Positions 10,160 through 18,993 of a stretch of DNA of 25,380 bases are shown in pieces. The notes beneath the pieces are model-generated. The model searched no databases and was not told the origin of the DNA. It worked only from the letters and a program-made list of their open reading frames with translations. The stretch is from positions 1 to 25,380 of IMG/VR virus record IMGVR_UViG_3300033067_000103; one strand, written 5' to 3'. Source of the DNA: a virus. Its lineage: Duplodnaviria > Caudoviricetes. The first letter of the stretch is position 1; every line of letters starts with the position of its first letter. Made by a program: the position numbers and the translations under genes.

Positions 10160-12857
10160 CGCCCAGCGTTACCACCGGGATCACCGCCAGCACAGTCGCC
10201 GGCAGCGGATTGGTCTGCCGGAAGCGCACCGCGCCGCGGGCGGCCCAACTGGAGTATGCGACACCCTGCCGCATCCCCGTGAACAGCGGGACCGGCGAGC
10301 CCATCGCCTCCGTCGTCCGCTCGGCAAACTGCGCATAGGTGCCCGGCGAATAGGTGTCGTCCACGTTCTTGTTCATCGTCGCATATTCGAGCCCGCGCGT
10401 GTTCTCGACCAGCACCGACAGGCTGGAGATCTTCTTGCGCTTGCCCTGCGTCGTCGGCTCGCCCGTGTCGATCGGGAGCATCTGGAGCGCGCATTCATAG
10501 GCGAGACCGGTCAGCACAAAGGACGCCGCGTTGGTCAGCGTGATCGCCCCGCCCGCCACCGTAAACGGCCCCTGCACCGACCCGTCCGCCAAGCACATCA
10601 CCGACGCGCCGTTCAGATGATCGAGTCCCGTGATCGAGGTCGTCGAAACGCCGTCATAGCGCAGTGCGGAATCGAGGCACCATGCCAGCCGGACATCGGC
10701 CACGCCGTTGACGAGGAAATTGCGGCTGGAAAAGCGTTCGGTGAAATACAGCTCGTTGCCATACCCGGCACCGGGAATCGTCCGCGCCACCGTGACGTAG
10801 CAGACATCCTCATTGGCTTCCGGGATCGAGGCGCACGACACAATGCGATCGGTGCCCGACACGCCGAGCGAGACGTAGCGCGACCATGCGTAAACGTCCT
10901 GCTCCTTCAGATAGGTGAAGCACAGCATCGCGCCGTCGTTCCGGCACGCAAGCACCTGATAGAACGGCTCCTCGCAATAGCACCAGTCGGTGATCGTGTA
11001 GCCGTAGAAGAAGTGGCTCGACAGCACCGACACGTCGTTGCCGGAGAAGATGTTGTTGTAGAAATTGTAGGCGATGTCGCGCACCTTGCCGCCGCGCGCC
11101 TGCACATAGAGCAGGTCTGCGTTGATCGAGAGCGGCGCCGGCTGGTCCGCCGTGCCGTTGAACGTCTGCGGCTTGGCATTGATCGAAAGCGGCGTGATCG
11201 TGTCCGAATTGCTGCCCGGCCGGATCGCCCAAACGCCGCCCGACGTGAAGGCCAGCAGCCGCTCGGACGGGACCATATGCTTGATCGCGTTGACCTGGCG
11301 GCTTGCCAGTTCGAACGTGAACGCATCGTCCTCTTGCACGGGCGAGCGCACGTCCATGTTGTTGTAGTTGCCGATCACCGTGCCGTAGATGGTCTGCGGC
11401 TGCGAAGTCGGCGCGGCATAGACTCGGCGCGCGTCGAAATAGGTGGCGCAGGACGGGTTCACGCCACCCGCGAACGGATTTGTCGCGAGCGGCGGCGAGC
11501 GCGTGAAGTCCGGCGCGATGTTGCTGTCGAGAAAGCTGGTCGTCTCGCTCTGGCCGATATAGCCGAACGTCTGCGTCGGCGTGATGCCGTAATGCGTGGG
11601 GTTGGAGCGATAGATGTAGTAGCGGTTCGGCGCGGGGCCGGTCGCAGGCGCGGCCCACGTCACCTGGTTGCCGACGCCGCTGTCTTGGTTCAGCGCCGCG
11701 TTGAAGCACTCGCCGACGCCCGAGGCGACGCTTTCCTCGAACGGCGAGTCCACCACCGAGGTCACGACATAATCATAGACGAGCTGCTGCGGATCGACGG
11801 CGCCGAAGTACCGCCCAACCAGGCCGCCGGTCGTGTAAACGCCATAGCTGGTCGTGTCGATCTGGTTGCCGCCGCCGCTGTTCAGGTCGTTCAGCGTGAA
11901 CGTCGTCGGCGAGCCCACCGCCCGCACCTTGTAGAGCCGCCCGCCACTGGAGTTGATCTGCGTCATCCCCAGGCAGCCGTAGATATAGACCGGATCGTTC
12001 ACGTTGAAGCCGTGCGCCAGCGCCGTCGTGATGACGCCGGGATTGGCATTCGTGATCGCAGAGATCGACACCGACGTTTGCAGCGGATCGTTCACCGACG
12101 CCGCCCCGACAAACAACGGCGGCTGCACCTCCGCAGCGAACGTCGTGGTCGTCAGCGTCCAGACGTAATGCGCCGTGCGCGTCAGGTCCGCCGGCGCATA
12201 GCTCGGATGGGTGATGGTCAGCGTATCGGCGTTCTGCACGTATTTCAGCAGCGCCAGATCGGCCGCCAGATACGGTGTCGGCAGCGTGAAAACCCGCGCG
12301 ACGATGGCCCCGCCGAGGAAGGCAGGCAGTGCCGCCGCATTGAACGGCACGCCATCCAGATCGACCACCTGAAACGTGTCCGCCGTCGGCACGTTGTTGA
12401 CGATCCAGACCTTGCCCGGTGACGTGTTGGCCTGCGTCATGCCGAGCGCGCCGGTGACCCACAGCCAGTCGCCGAACACATAGCCGTGCGCCGTCACGTT
12501 GAACGTCGCGGGATCGGTGTTGGAGATGGAATTGACCAGCTTGGCAGGCTCCAGCACATAGCCGCCGTTCATCAGCACGCGCATCCACTGGTCGCCGAAC
12601 TCCAGCACATAGGCTTGGACGGTCGAATAGATGAACGGGATCAGGCGAGGGCGCGGGTTGCTCGCGTACTGCTGCTTGGACCGCATGATCGCCTGCGTCC
12701 CGGCGCGCGTTGCGGCCCCGCCGTAGTGCAGCGAGAAGAAATTGGTCATCTCGGCCGCACCGACGCGGTACTTCGCCAGATCGACGCGGCCCTGCACCGA
12801 CGGGGCCAGCTCGCCCGCCGCGAAGCTCGGTTGGATCAGCCAGCCGCGGTCGCCCAT
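10149..12857 (-). CDS. Tail tubular protein B / nozzle (T7 gp12-like), 902 aa
   Basis: QPSFAAGELAPSVQGRVDLAKY...NF....GGAATRAGT N-terminus, RLIPF..S..QAYVLEFG, YVQNADTL.ITHP.Y.P, TYLKEQDVYAWSR and C-terminal QTNPLPATVLAV. Confidence 0.92.
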   Translation of the reverse strand: MGDRGWLIQPSFAAGELAPSVQGRVDLAKYRVGAAEMTNFFSLHYGGAATRAGTQAIMRSKQQYASNPRPRLIPFIYSTVQAYVLEFGDQWMRVLMNGGYVLEPAKLVNSISNTDPATFNVTAHGYVFGDWLWVTGALGMTQANTSPGKVWIVNNVPTADTFQVVDLDGVPFNAAALPAFLGGAIVARVFTLPTPYLAADLALLKYVQNADTLTITHPSYAPADLTRTAHYVWTLTTTTFAAEVQPPLFVGAASVNDPLQTSVSISAITNANPGVITTALAHGFNVNDPVYIYGCLGMTQINSSGGRLYKVRAVGSPTTFTLNDLNSGGGNQIDTTSYGVYTTGGLVGRYFGAVDPQQLVYDYVVTSVVDSPFEESVASGVGECFNAALNQDSGVGNQVTWAAPATGPAPNRYYIYRSNPTHYGITPTQTFGYIGQSETTSFLDSNIAPDFTRSPPLATNPFAGGVNPSCATYFDARRVYAAPTSQPQTIYGTVIGNYNNMDVRSPVQEDDAFTFELASRQVNAIKHMVPSERLLAFTSGGVWAIRPGSNSDTITPLSINAKPQTFNGTADQPAPLSINADLLYVQARGGKVRDIAYNFYNNIFSGNDVSVLSSHFFYGYTITDWCYCEEPFYQVLACRNDGAMLCFTYLKEQDVYAWSRYVSLGVSGTDRIVSCASIPEANEDVCYVTVARTIPGAGYGNELYFTERFSSRNFLVNGVADVRLAWCLDSALRYDGVSTTSITGLDHLNGASVMCLADGSVQGPFTVAGGAITLTNAASFVLTGLAYECALQMLPIDTGEPTTQGKRKKISSLSVLVENTRGLEYATMNKNVDDTYSPGTYAQFAERTTEAMGSPVPLFTGMRQGVAYSSWAARGAVRFRQTNPLPATVLAVIPVVTLGDDN

Positions 12858-13624
12858 CAGATCAGGTCCGTGGTGACGCCGTTGCCGCTAAACACGTCGC
12901 TTTCCGTCGGGTCGATCCAGCCGCGCACGCCCAGCCAGTCAGGGTTGGTGTCCTGCACCTGAATGCCCTCCTGGCCGTCGCTCTCCTCAGCCTCGATCTC
13001 GGCCTGCTTACCGGCGTCCATCGCCATCTTGGCCAGCGTCTTGTCGCCCGAGAGGACGAACACGACCTTGGCCGCCAGCCGCCCGACCAGCGCCGTGACG
13101 AACTGGTCATCGAACAGGTTGGGCTCGGTGATGTAGCGCGTATAGACGAGGATCGCGTCCTGCCAGTTGCTCAGGATCACCCTGATCTTGTTGGCCGGCG
13201 TCGCCGTGTCGTTGTCCGACGCCACCACATAGCGGATGTTGGATACCTGCGTGTAGGCCGGCTGCGACTGGCCGCTCGAGAAGATCGGCACCGTGGTCGT
13301 CTCGAGCCCGGCGATGATCGGCACGATCGCACGCGGCGCCGCGCAGTCCGACGGATAGGCGTATTCGTAGGCCCACGGCACGGGCGGAATCGGCAGCGTC
13401 GTCCCGGTCGGGTTTTCCGGCGTGCCCTGCGCGGCCTTCAGCACCGAAAGCGCCGCCTGGTAGCGGGCAAAGCCCCAGTTATACTTGCGCAGCAGCTCGC
13501 GCAGGGTTTGATCGTACACAGTCGAAATGGCGTTCGCGCCCGGCGTCGGCTCGGTCGGCGACGAAACAGGCTGCTGCACCCCAATGGCTTGCAGCGTCAT
13601 GTTGTAGATCTGCGTAACGTCCAT
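12857..13624 (-). CDS. Tail tubular protein A / head-tail adaptor (T7 gp11-like)
   Basis: TQIYNMTLQAIG, YDQT.RELLRKYNWGFAR, WAYEYAYPSDC and FDDQFVTALVGRLAAK motifs; TGATG overlap with tubular B. Confidence 0.9.
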   Translation of the reverse strand: MDVTQIYNMTLQAIGVQQPVSSPTEPTPGANAISTVYDQTLRELLRKYNWGFARYQAALSVLKAAQGTPENPTGTTLPIPPVPWAYEYAYPSDCAAPRAIVPIIAGLETTTVPIFSSGQSQPAYTQVSNIRYVVASDNDTATPANKIRVILSNWQDAILVYTRYITEPNLFDDQFVTALVGRLAAKVVFVLSGDKTLAKMAMDAGKQAEIEAEESDGQEGIQVQDTNPDWLGVRGWIDPTESDVFSGNGVTTDLI

Positions 13625-13636
13625 GTCGGCCCCCGC

Positions 13637-13653
13637 CCGTTACTCTATAACAC
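13637..13653. promoter_or_regulatory. Palindromic motif copy 3 (CCGTTACTCTATAACAC)
   Basis: Intergenic, 12 nt upstream of the tail tubular A ATG, abutting the G-rich SD. Confidence 0.75.
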
Positions 13654-13668
13654 AGGCGCGGCGAGCGG

Positions 13669-14145
13669 CTAGGACAGCACGTACCCGCCAATGTAGAGAT
13701 CGGCCGTCGCGGCTGCGCCCTGCCCGGTCGTGAGGCTGAGAAACACCGTGTCCAGCGTGCGGACGCCCGCCGCTACCGCAGTCGTGGTGAGGTTGAAGCC
13801 GAGATTGGCAGCCGTCAGTGCCGAATAGGTCTGCCCGGCAGCGACGAGAATGTCGCCCGTCTTGCCCGCGCCCGCTGAGCCGACCGCCCACGTCATGGTC
13901 TCGCCGTTGTCGGCTGAGACGTTGATGGTGCGCTGCGAGTAGCCTCCGCCTCCCCCGCCATGCGAGAGATTGGCCGAGGAGCGTCCTCCGCCCCCACCAG
14001 CGCCCCAGAGGGTAGCGAGGCAGGAGGTTGCGCCCGTGGGCACAACCACCGAGCCGGAGCCGGAATCGAACTGCTGCGTGTAGGCGGCAAAGCCACCGCC
14101 CGACCCGCGATGAAGATTGGCGCGCCCGACCAGTCCCCCGATCAT
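13669..14145 (-). CDS. Gly-rich virion accessory protein, possibly chimeric
   Basis: VVPTGATS...LWGAGGGGG...GGGGGGYS pattern of phage Gly-rich fiber domains followed by a beta-rich C-terminal half; ATGA overlap with the upstream gene. Confidence 0.6.
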   Translation of the reverse strand: MIGGLVGRANLHRGSGGGFAAYTQQFDSGSGSVVVPTGATSCLATLWGAGGGGGRSSANLSHGGGGGGYSQRTINVSADNGETMTWAVGSAGAGKTGDILVAAGQTYSALTAANLGFNLTTTAVAAGVRTLDTVFLSLTTGQGAAATADLYIGGYVLS

Positions 14146-14969
14146 GGGTTGTCGTTCGGGCGAACAAGGTTGATGAGGAAGTCGATACGGATCAGCTTCG
14201 CGGGGTTCGCGTGAGAGCCACCCGGCACAAGGCGCTTGACCTCGAAATAGAGGCTTGTCCCCGCTGCGGCATTGGAGGGCGTGAAGTTGTCGTAAGCCGA
14301 AATCTGCTCGACGTTCAGCGCAGGAACGACTTCCGCGATGCCGAGCAGCGACCCGTAGGCAACGTCCAGACTCGCCCCATCCGCAATGCAGGCCCCGGAG
14401 ATGCCCCAGGTGAGGCCATCGCCCGCCGAGCCCGCCGTCTCGACATGATGGAAGCGAACCCCGATTGGCCCGCCGTCATAGGCGTTGGGGAGGGTGAAGT
14501 GTCCGCACCCGCCCTGCTCCGTCGCGTTGTCGAATATCGCGACCGTGAGAGTGCGGAAGTAGGTTGCGCTCGAAAATGTCCCGAACGTGCAGCCGTTGGT
14601 GGAGCGGGCCGTCAGGGCGTCTGCATTGAAGCTATAGAGGAACGGCCCGAGCTGCACCGCGCCGGGATCTGTGATCCATGTCGCGCCGGTCGAGCGAAGC
14701 AGGCGCGTCTGGCCGGGATAGATCGTGAGGCTCGATAGCCCGTCGATAAAGCCCGATGACGCAACCGAGAGGACAAGGTTCTTTGCGGTCGTGTCATTGT
14801 GGATGGAGAGGAAGAACGAACTCCCGACCGATGACGCCGCTGGCAGAACATCGGACATGTTCGCCGAGTGCGAGCGATGGACATTCGCCCCGGCGAAAGA
14901 GGCGTCATAGGTCTTGGAGGCTTGGATGTAGTACGCGACAAGCTGCGCGGGTGCGCCGTAATAGGCCAT
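14142..14969 (-). CDS. Putative head/tail fiber or decoration protein, 275 aa
   Basis: LPAASSVG..F.....N.....L......IDG.SSLTIYPGQ......G..W module common in phage fibers, followed by a beta-rich region. Confidence 0.6.
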   Translation of the reverse strand: MAYYGAPAQLVAYYIQASKTYDASFAGANVHRSHSANMSDVLPAASSVGSSFFLSIHNDTTAKNLVLSVASSGFIDGLSSLTIYPGQTRLLRSTGATWITDPGAVQLGPFLYSFNADALTARSTNGCTFGTFSSATYFRTLTVAIFDNATEQGGCGHFTLPNAYDGGPIGVRFHHVETAGSAGDGLTWGISGACIADGASLDVAYGSLLGIAEVVPALNVEQISAYDNFTPSNAAAGTSLYFEVKRLVPGGSHANPAKLIRIDFLINLVRPNDNP

Positions 14970-14973
14970 CGCC

Positions 14974-15210
14974 CTATCCCTTCAGACCAAGCCGCTTGGC
15001 GATCTCGGCCTTCACGTCGGCCTCTGTCATGTCCGCGCCGCCGGCGATGACTTCGGTGCTGCGCAGATGCCCAGCCGTGCCGTCCGCCTGCATGGCCACC
15101 AGCCAGTAGCCCGGCGTGCCTTCCCGCGCGACATGCTCCTTCGACACGACCGAGATGGTCGTCTCATGCTCGTAGCCGGTCTTGGTCTTGGCGCCGTGCT
15201 TGATCTTCAT
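14974..15210 (-). CDS. Hypothetical protein, about 78 aa (MKIKHG...)
   Basis: GGGAGG SD before ATG 15210; the track's start at 15264 overlaps the upstream gene. Confidence 0.65.
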   Translation of the reverse strand: MKIKHGAKTKTGYEHETTISVVSKEHVAREGTPGYWLVAMQADGTAGHLRSTEVIAGGADMTEADVKAEIAKRLGLKG

Positions 15211-15220
15211 CGTCGCCTCC

Positions 15221-15718
15221 CTACGCCGCCTGATAGCCGTGGACGTTGACATAGACCGCGCCACTCGCGCCGGTCGCCGTGATCGTGACGAACTCCAGCA
15301 GCGTTGCCGCCGTGCCCCGAAGCGGGTTGGGGAAAGTGATCGCCCGGTCGCCGGCCGCGCCAGCGATCAGGTTCTGCCGCCAGATGACCGTGCCCGACGC
15401 CCCGTCGCGCAACGCGATTTCGGTGCCCGTGGTCAGCGCCGACCAGGACAGGTCGATCGCCGTCACGTAGTTGCGGATGCCCGCCGCCCCGGCCGTCTTG
15501 ACCGTGACCGCCGTGGTGGTGTTGCTGATGCCGCTTGCCGCCGCCGCATACGCCCACTCGTTCGCAGGCGTCGCATAGCCGGAACCGCTTGGGCTCACGG
15601 CGAACGAATAGGTCGTCGGCGTGTCGCCGTTATCGACCAGCAGGATGCCCCATGACTGGGGCAGCGTCCCGTTGTTGATCCCGGTCGGGTTCAGCAGCGG
15701 ATATGCGGAATTAGCCAT
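15221..15718 (-). CDS. Putative virion decoration protein (beta-rich), 165 aa
   Basis: Thr/Ala/Gly-rich beta-strand pattern ending VYVNVHGY; lies in the head gene cluster; GGGGG SD. Confidence 0.6.
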   Translation of the reverse strand: MANSAYPLLNPTGINNGTLPQSWGILLVDNGDTPTTYSFAVSPSGSGYATPANEWAYAAAASGISNTTTAVTVKTAGAAGIRNYVTAIDLSWSALTTGTEIALRDGASGTVIWRQNLIAGAAGDRAITFPNPLRGTAATLLEFVTITATGASGAVYVNVHGYQAA

Positions 15719-15747
15719 GCGCTATCCCCCGACGCGCGAGGCGCGCG

Positions 15748-16215
15748 TTACTTGTAGAGCAACTGCACCGTGATGCCGGTCGTCGCCGACGTGTTGTCGT
15801 TGTCTGCCTGGTTGGCGACGATGCAAAAGCCCACGCCGGACGAAAACGCGATACCGGCCGCCGGCTCGATCGTGGAGGCGACGTTCTGGATCAGCGGCAC
15901 GACCACACCGGGCGTATCGGTGCCGCAGGTCGGCGCCGTCGCCTTGTCGTAGAGCTTCAGATATGCCGCCGTGGCGTTGGTCGAAAACCCGCGCACCAGA
16001 TAGATCGTGTGTGAACCGGCGATGACCGACGTGGAATTGTTGGTCGCCGCGGAGAAATACTTGTACGGCGTCGAACCGCCCTGCGGAATCGCGATGATGC
16101 CCGTCACGCCACCCTGCGGTGCCACCGTGACCTGCGCGCCGGCCGGGACCGAAGCAAGGATCGCCATAAAGGCGACCGCGAACACGCCAACAAGGCTGGC
16201 AATAAACGTCTTCAT
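15748..16215 (-). CDS. Beta-rich putative decoration protein with signal-peptide-like N-terminus, 155 aa
   Basis: MKTF + hydrophobic core + AGA|QV; mature part contains N.TAAYLKLYDKATAPT.GTD.P. Confidence 0.65.
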   Translation of the reverse strand: MKTFIASLVGVFAVAFMAILASVPAGAQVTVAPQGGVTGIIAIPQGGSTPYKYFSAATNNSTSVIAGSHTIYLVRGFSTNATAAYLKLYDKATAPTCGTDTPGVVVPLIQNVASTIEPAAGIAFSSGVGFCIVANQADNDNTSATTGITVQLLYK

Positions 16216-16226
16216 GGTGTCCCCCT

Positions 16227-16667
16227 TCAGGCAGCCTTGCGGCCACCCTGCTGATTTCCAACAGCCGCAGCCATCGCCGCGGCGATGCCGGCCCCGATGC
16301 TCTTGCCCATCGCCTCGATCGAGGCGTTTTGTTCCTCGCGCTCGGCCTTTTTCTGCGCGGCTTCCATCTGCTTGGCCAGATCCTCGACCACATCCGGCAC
16401 GATGCCGGTATAGGCGACGGAGCGGTACTTGCAGAGATCCTTGGCTTCCGCGTCCACAGGCTCCCAGTGCGGGCCGGGAACGTCATAGCACTCGCGCGGA
16501 TCTTCCTCGCCCACGCGCTTGCGGCGAGGGGCAAGCTCGAACTCGCCCTTCGTCTTGGGATCGTCCGGCACGCGCGCCACATCCGGGTCCACGAACGTAT
16601 CCACCATCATCCCGCCCGGCCCGACAGGAAGCTGGAGGTACGAAATCTGGCTGACCCGAAACAGCAT
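16227..16667 (-). CDS. Hypothetical protein of the head cluster, 146 aa
   Basis: ORF with typical codon usage directly after the cement gene; GAGGAAGG SD. Confidence 0.7.
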   Translation of the reverse strand: MLFRVSQISYLQLPVGPGGMMVDTFVDPDVARVPDDPKTKGEFELAPRRKRVGEEDPRECYDVPGPHWEPVDAEAKDLCKYRSVAYTGIVPDVVEDLAKQMEAAQKKAEREEQNASIEAMGKSIGAGIAAAMAAAVGNQQGGRKAA

Positions 16668-16682
16668 GACGCGGTGCCTTCC

Positions 16683-17156
16683 TCAGTTGGTGACGGTGAA
16701 GCCGGACGTGTAGCTGTAGTTGTTCTGGCGTCCGGTGTGCGAGATCAGACCCGCATAGATCGTGCCCGCGCCGTAGGTGCCGACGATCGTATAGACGATC
16801 TTCAGGAAGCGGTACGGCTTGTTGGAGTCCGCGCCGGCGTCCTGGAGATAGGGAAGTGGCACGCGCAGCAGTTCGCGGCCTGCCAGAAGGCGAGCCGTAA
16901 CGATCGCCGGCGTCTGGACCAGCGTGACATAGGTGCCTTCCGCGCCGGAGCCGTTGTCGGGCGCACCCTGGATGGCGACCTGAAGCGAAGTGCCGCCGGT
17001 CAGCGAGGTGATGATCTGCACCAGCACATCGAGCGTCTGGCCATCGACGCCGAGATCGCGATTGGCGCCGAGGTCGAGGCGGTTGGTCGAGTCCGCCGTG
17101 GTGGTCAGCGCCGTGCCCGTCGGATCGAACTCAAGCAGCTTGTCGAGAATGGTCAT
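16683..17156 (-). CDS. Capsid cement protein (BPP-1 Bbp16-like)
   Basis: MTILDKLLEF...T.TADSTN.LDLG..RDLG...RFLKIVYT..GT..AG.I.AGL; directly downstream of the capsid gene. Confidence 0.82.
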   Translation of the reverse strand: MTILDKLLEFDPTGTALTTTADSTNRLDLGANRDLGVDGQTLDVLVQIITSLTGGTSLQVAIQGAPDNGSGAEGTYVTLVQTPAIVTARLLAGRELLRVPLPYLQDAGADSNKPYRFLKIVYTIVGTYGAGTIYAGLISHTGRQNNYSYTSGFTVTN

Positions 17157-17180
17157 GTGATTTCCCCCCTTCCGACCCGC

Positions 17181-18230
17181 TCAGATGATCCGGGCTTCGG
17201 TGTTCAGCAGCGCGTCGCAGGTGCGGATCGGCACGCCGCGGAAAGTGGTGATCGGCTTGCCGTCCCACTCATCGAAGTTCAGCAGCACGTTCACCTTGTT
17301 CACCGCCTGGATGTCCAGATAGGTGCGGATCGTGCGGTTGCAGTAGATGCCGAGACGGCCGTTGTTGGTCTGGCCGCCGTTCGGCGCATCCGTCTTCTGC
17401 TCGGTGCCCACGCCCGGAGGCTGGGTCGGCAGACGATGGACGGCACGGATCAGCGCAGTGATCAGGTTCGGCGGGGTCGCGCCCGAGAGCGTGGTCACGT
17501 CGATGTTGCACATGCGCACGATGTAGCGCCAGTCGCGGACGCTGAGGCCGTTGTCCCACTTGAAGTGGGTCGTGTACGCCTCGTAGCGGTTGTTGTTCAC
17601 GTCGGTCGCCGGCGTGTAGGTGCCCTTGTCTTCCATGCGGAAGCCGGACATGCCGCCCTTCGGGAAGATGCCGTGGCAGGTGCGCGGTCCCCACGTCACC
17701 ATCCACATGGAGGTGTTGGCCGATCCGGTGCCCTGGCAGTCGATGACGTTCGCCGCCGAGAGCGCGGTCGAAGTCGAAACGGTGTTGTAGCGCGGCGCGA
17801 GGCCCATGAACCGCTCGGGGTTCACCGCCGTATTCCCGTAGAACACGGTGGACGCCATCTGCTGCGTCATGCCTTCGAGGAAGGCCATGTCTTCGGACAG
17901 GCGGAACTCCGGCGCGTTGCCGTTCAGATCGGCCAGCGCGCGATCGACAACCGAGTACGTCTCCAGCATACCGATCGAGTCGGTGATCTTGGCCGTGGTG
18001 GACTTGGCCGTCGGCACGCCGTAGTTCAGCAGGCGCCACGTCGCGGACGGGATGCCCGTGCGAACCGTGGTGACGTGGCCGGTCGTGCCATTCGCCTCGA
18101 CGACAAGCATGTCATCGAGAACGTCGTTGGTCTGCGACAAAAGCTCGATAATCATCGAGATCTTGCCATCGCCTTCGTGGCGCTTGGCCCAGTCGGCGTA
18201 AGTGAGAGCGAGCGCCCCGATCAGTGCCAT
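17181..18230 (-). CDS. Major capsid protein (BPP-1 Bbp17-like), 349 aa
   Basis: IIELLSQTNDVLDDM, TTVRTGIP..TWR.LN.GV, VDRALADLNGN...FRLSED.AFLEGM, GLSVRDWRYIVR.CNID and F.GVPIR.CDALLNTEA. Confidence 0.95.
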   Translation of the reverse strand: MALIGALALTYADWAKRHEGDGKISMIIELLSQTNDVLDDMLVVEANGTTGHVTTVRTGIPSATWRLLNYGVPTAKSTTAKITDSIGMLETYSVVDRALADLNGNAPEFRLSEDMAFLEGMTQQMASTVFYGNTAVNPERFMGLAPRYNTVSTSTALSAANVIDCQGTGSANTSMWMVTWGPRTCHGIFPKGGMSGFRMEDKGTYTPATDVNNNRYEAYTTHFKWDNGLSVRDWRYIVRMCNIDVTTLSGATPPNLITALIRAVHRLPTQPPGVGTEQKTDAPNGGQTNNGRLGIYCNRTIRTYLDIQAVNKVNVLLNFDEWDGKPITTFRGVPIRTCDALLNTEARII

Positions 18231-18243
18231 TGGTTTCCCCCCC

Positions 18244-18993
18244 CTAGGCCGTCTTCGACTGCATCGACGGATAATAGTCAGCCGCCGAAGGTTGTTTCGC
18301 GGGCTTGCCGCCGATTACCGGCTTGCCTTCCGCGGTCTGCTTGCCGAGGCGCACCAGAAAGAGCGCCATCTGCGGATTGTAGCCTGCACCCGTTGTGTCC
18401 AGCATTTGCCGGAACGACTGCGCCTGTTCGCCCATCACGGCGTCGATTGCTCGCGCCGCCATGCCGAGATTCTGCTGCATCTTCGGGCCGCCGATCTCGG
18501 GATGCGCCTTGACCTCGCCCACCCAAGCTTCAACCTGGTCGGCCCACGCCTTGTAGGGCGCGTTCACCATTTCGGCGATCTTCGGCGCGAAAACATCGGT
18601 CAGGCCCTGAAGCCCTTCCGCATCCAGTCCGCGGCCTGCCGCCCAGTCCTTCAGCTCGGTCATCACCGGCTGGCCGGCGTCGATTCCTTCGGGCAGCTTC
18701 AGCCCGTCATACGTCTTGAGCAGGTCGGCCTTGGCCGTTTCCTTCGCCGCCGCGTCGGCCGCCTCACGCTCGGCCTTGGCTTCCGGCGTTTCCGCCGCAG
18801 CCGCCTCCGGCTTGGCTTCGGTCGCGGCAGCTTCCGGCTTCGCGCCATCGGCCGGCGGCGTATCGCTCGCGCCAGCTTCGACCGTCGCGGTAGCGAGCGG
18901 CGACTTCAGCTCAGCAGTTGCAGGCGCAGCGCCAGCCCCGGCCACCGCGCCCGCTTCCGCCGCCTCAGCCCCCGCTGCGACCACATCAGCCAT
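18244..18993 (-). CDS. Capsid scaffolding protein
   Basis: Acidic Ala-rich N-terminus, Y..LKLPEG, W...VKAHPEIGG, LD.TGAGYNP, SAAD.YP; precedes the capsid gene. ATG 18993 has better spacing from AAGGAG than ATG 19002. Confidence 0.85.
   Translation of the reverse strand: MADVVAAGAEAAEAGAVAGAGAAPATAELKSPLATATVEAGASDTPPADGAKPEAAATEAKPEAAAAETPEAKAEREAADAAAKETAKADLLKTYDGLKLPEGIDAGQPVMTELKDWAAGRGLDAEGLQGLTDVFAPKIAEMVNAPYKAWADQVEAWVGEVKAHPEIGGPKMQQNLGMAARAIDAVMGEQAQSFRQMLDTTGAGYNPQMALFLVRLGKQTAEGKPVIGGKPAKQPSAADYYPSMQSKTA

Noticed and set aside
15732-15748. Intergenic hairpin ACGCGCG-AGG-CGCGCGT as a terminator
   Set aside because: No U-tract on either strand and low-complexity CG arms; at most an mRNA stability element.
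18231-18246. G8-AAA run as a scaffold-capsid frameshift site
   Set aside because: It lies at and after the scaffold stop codon and sits where the capsid SD is expected.
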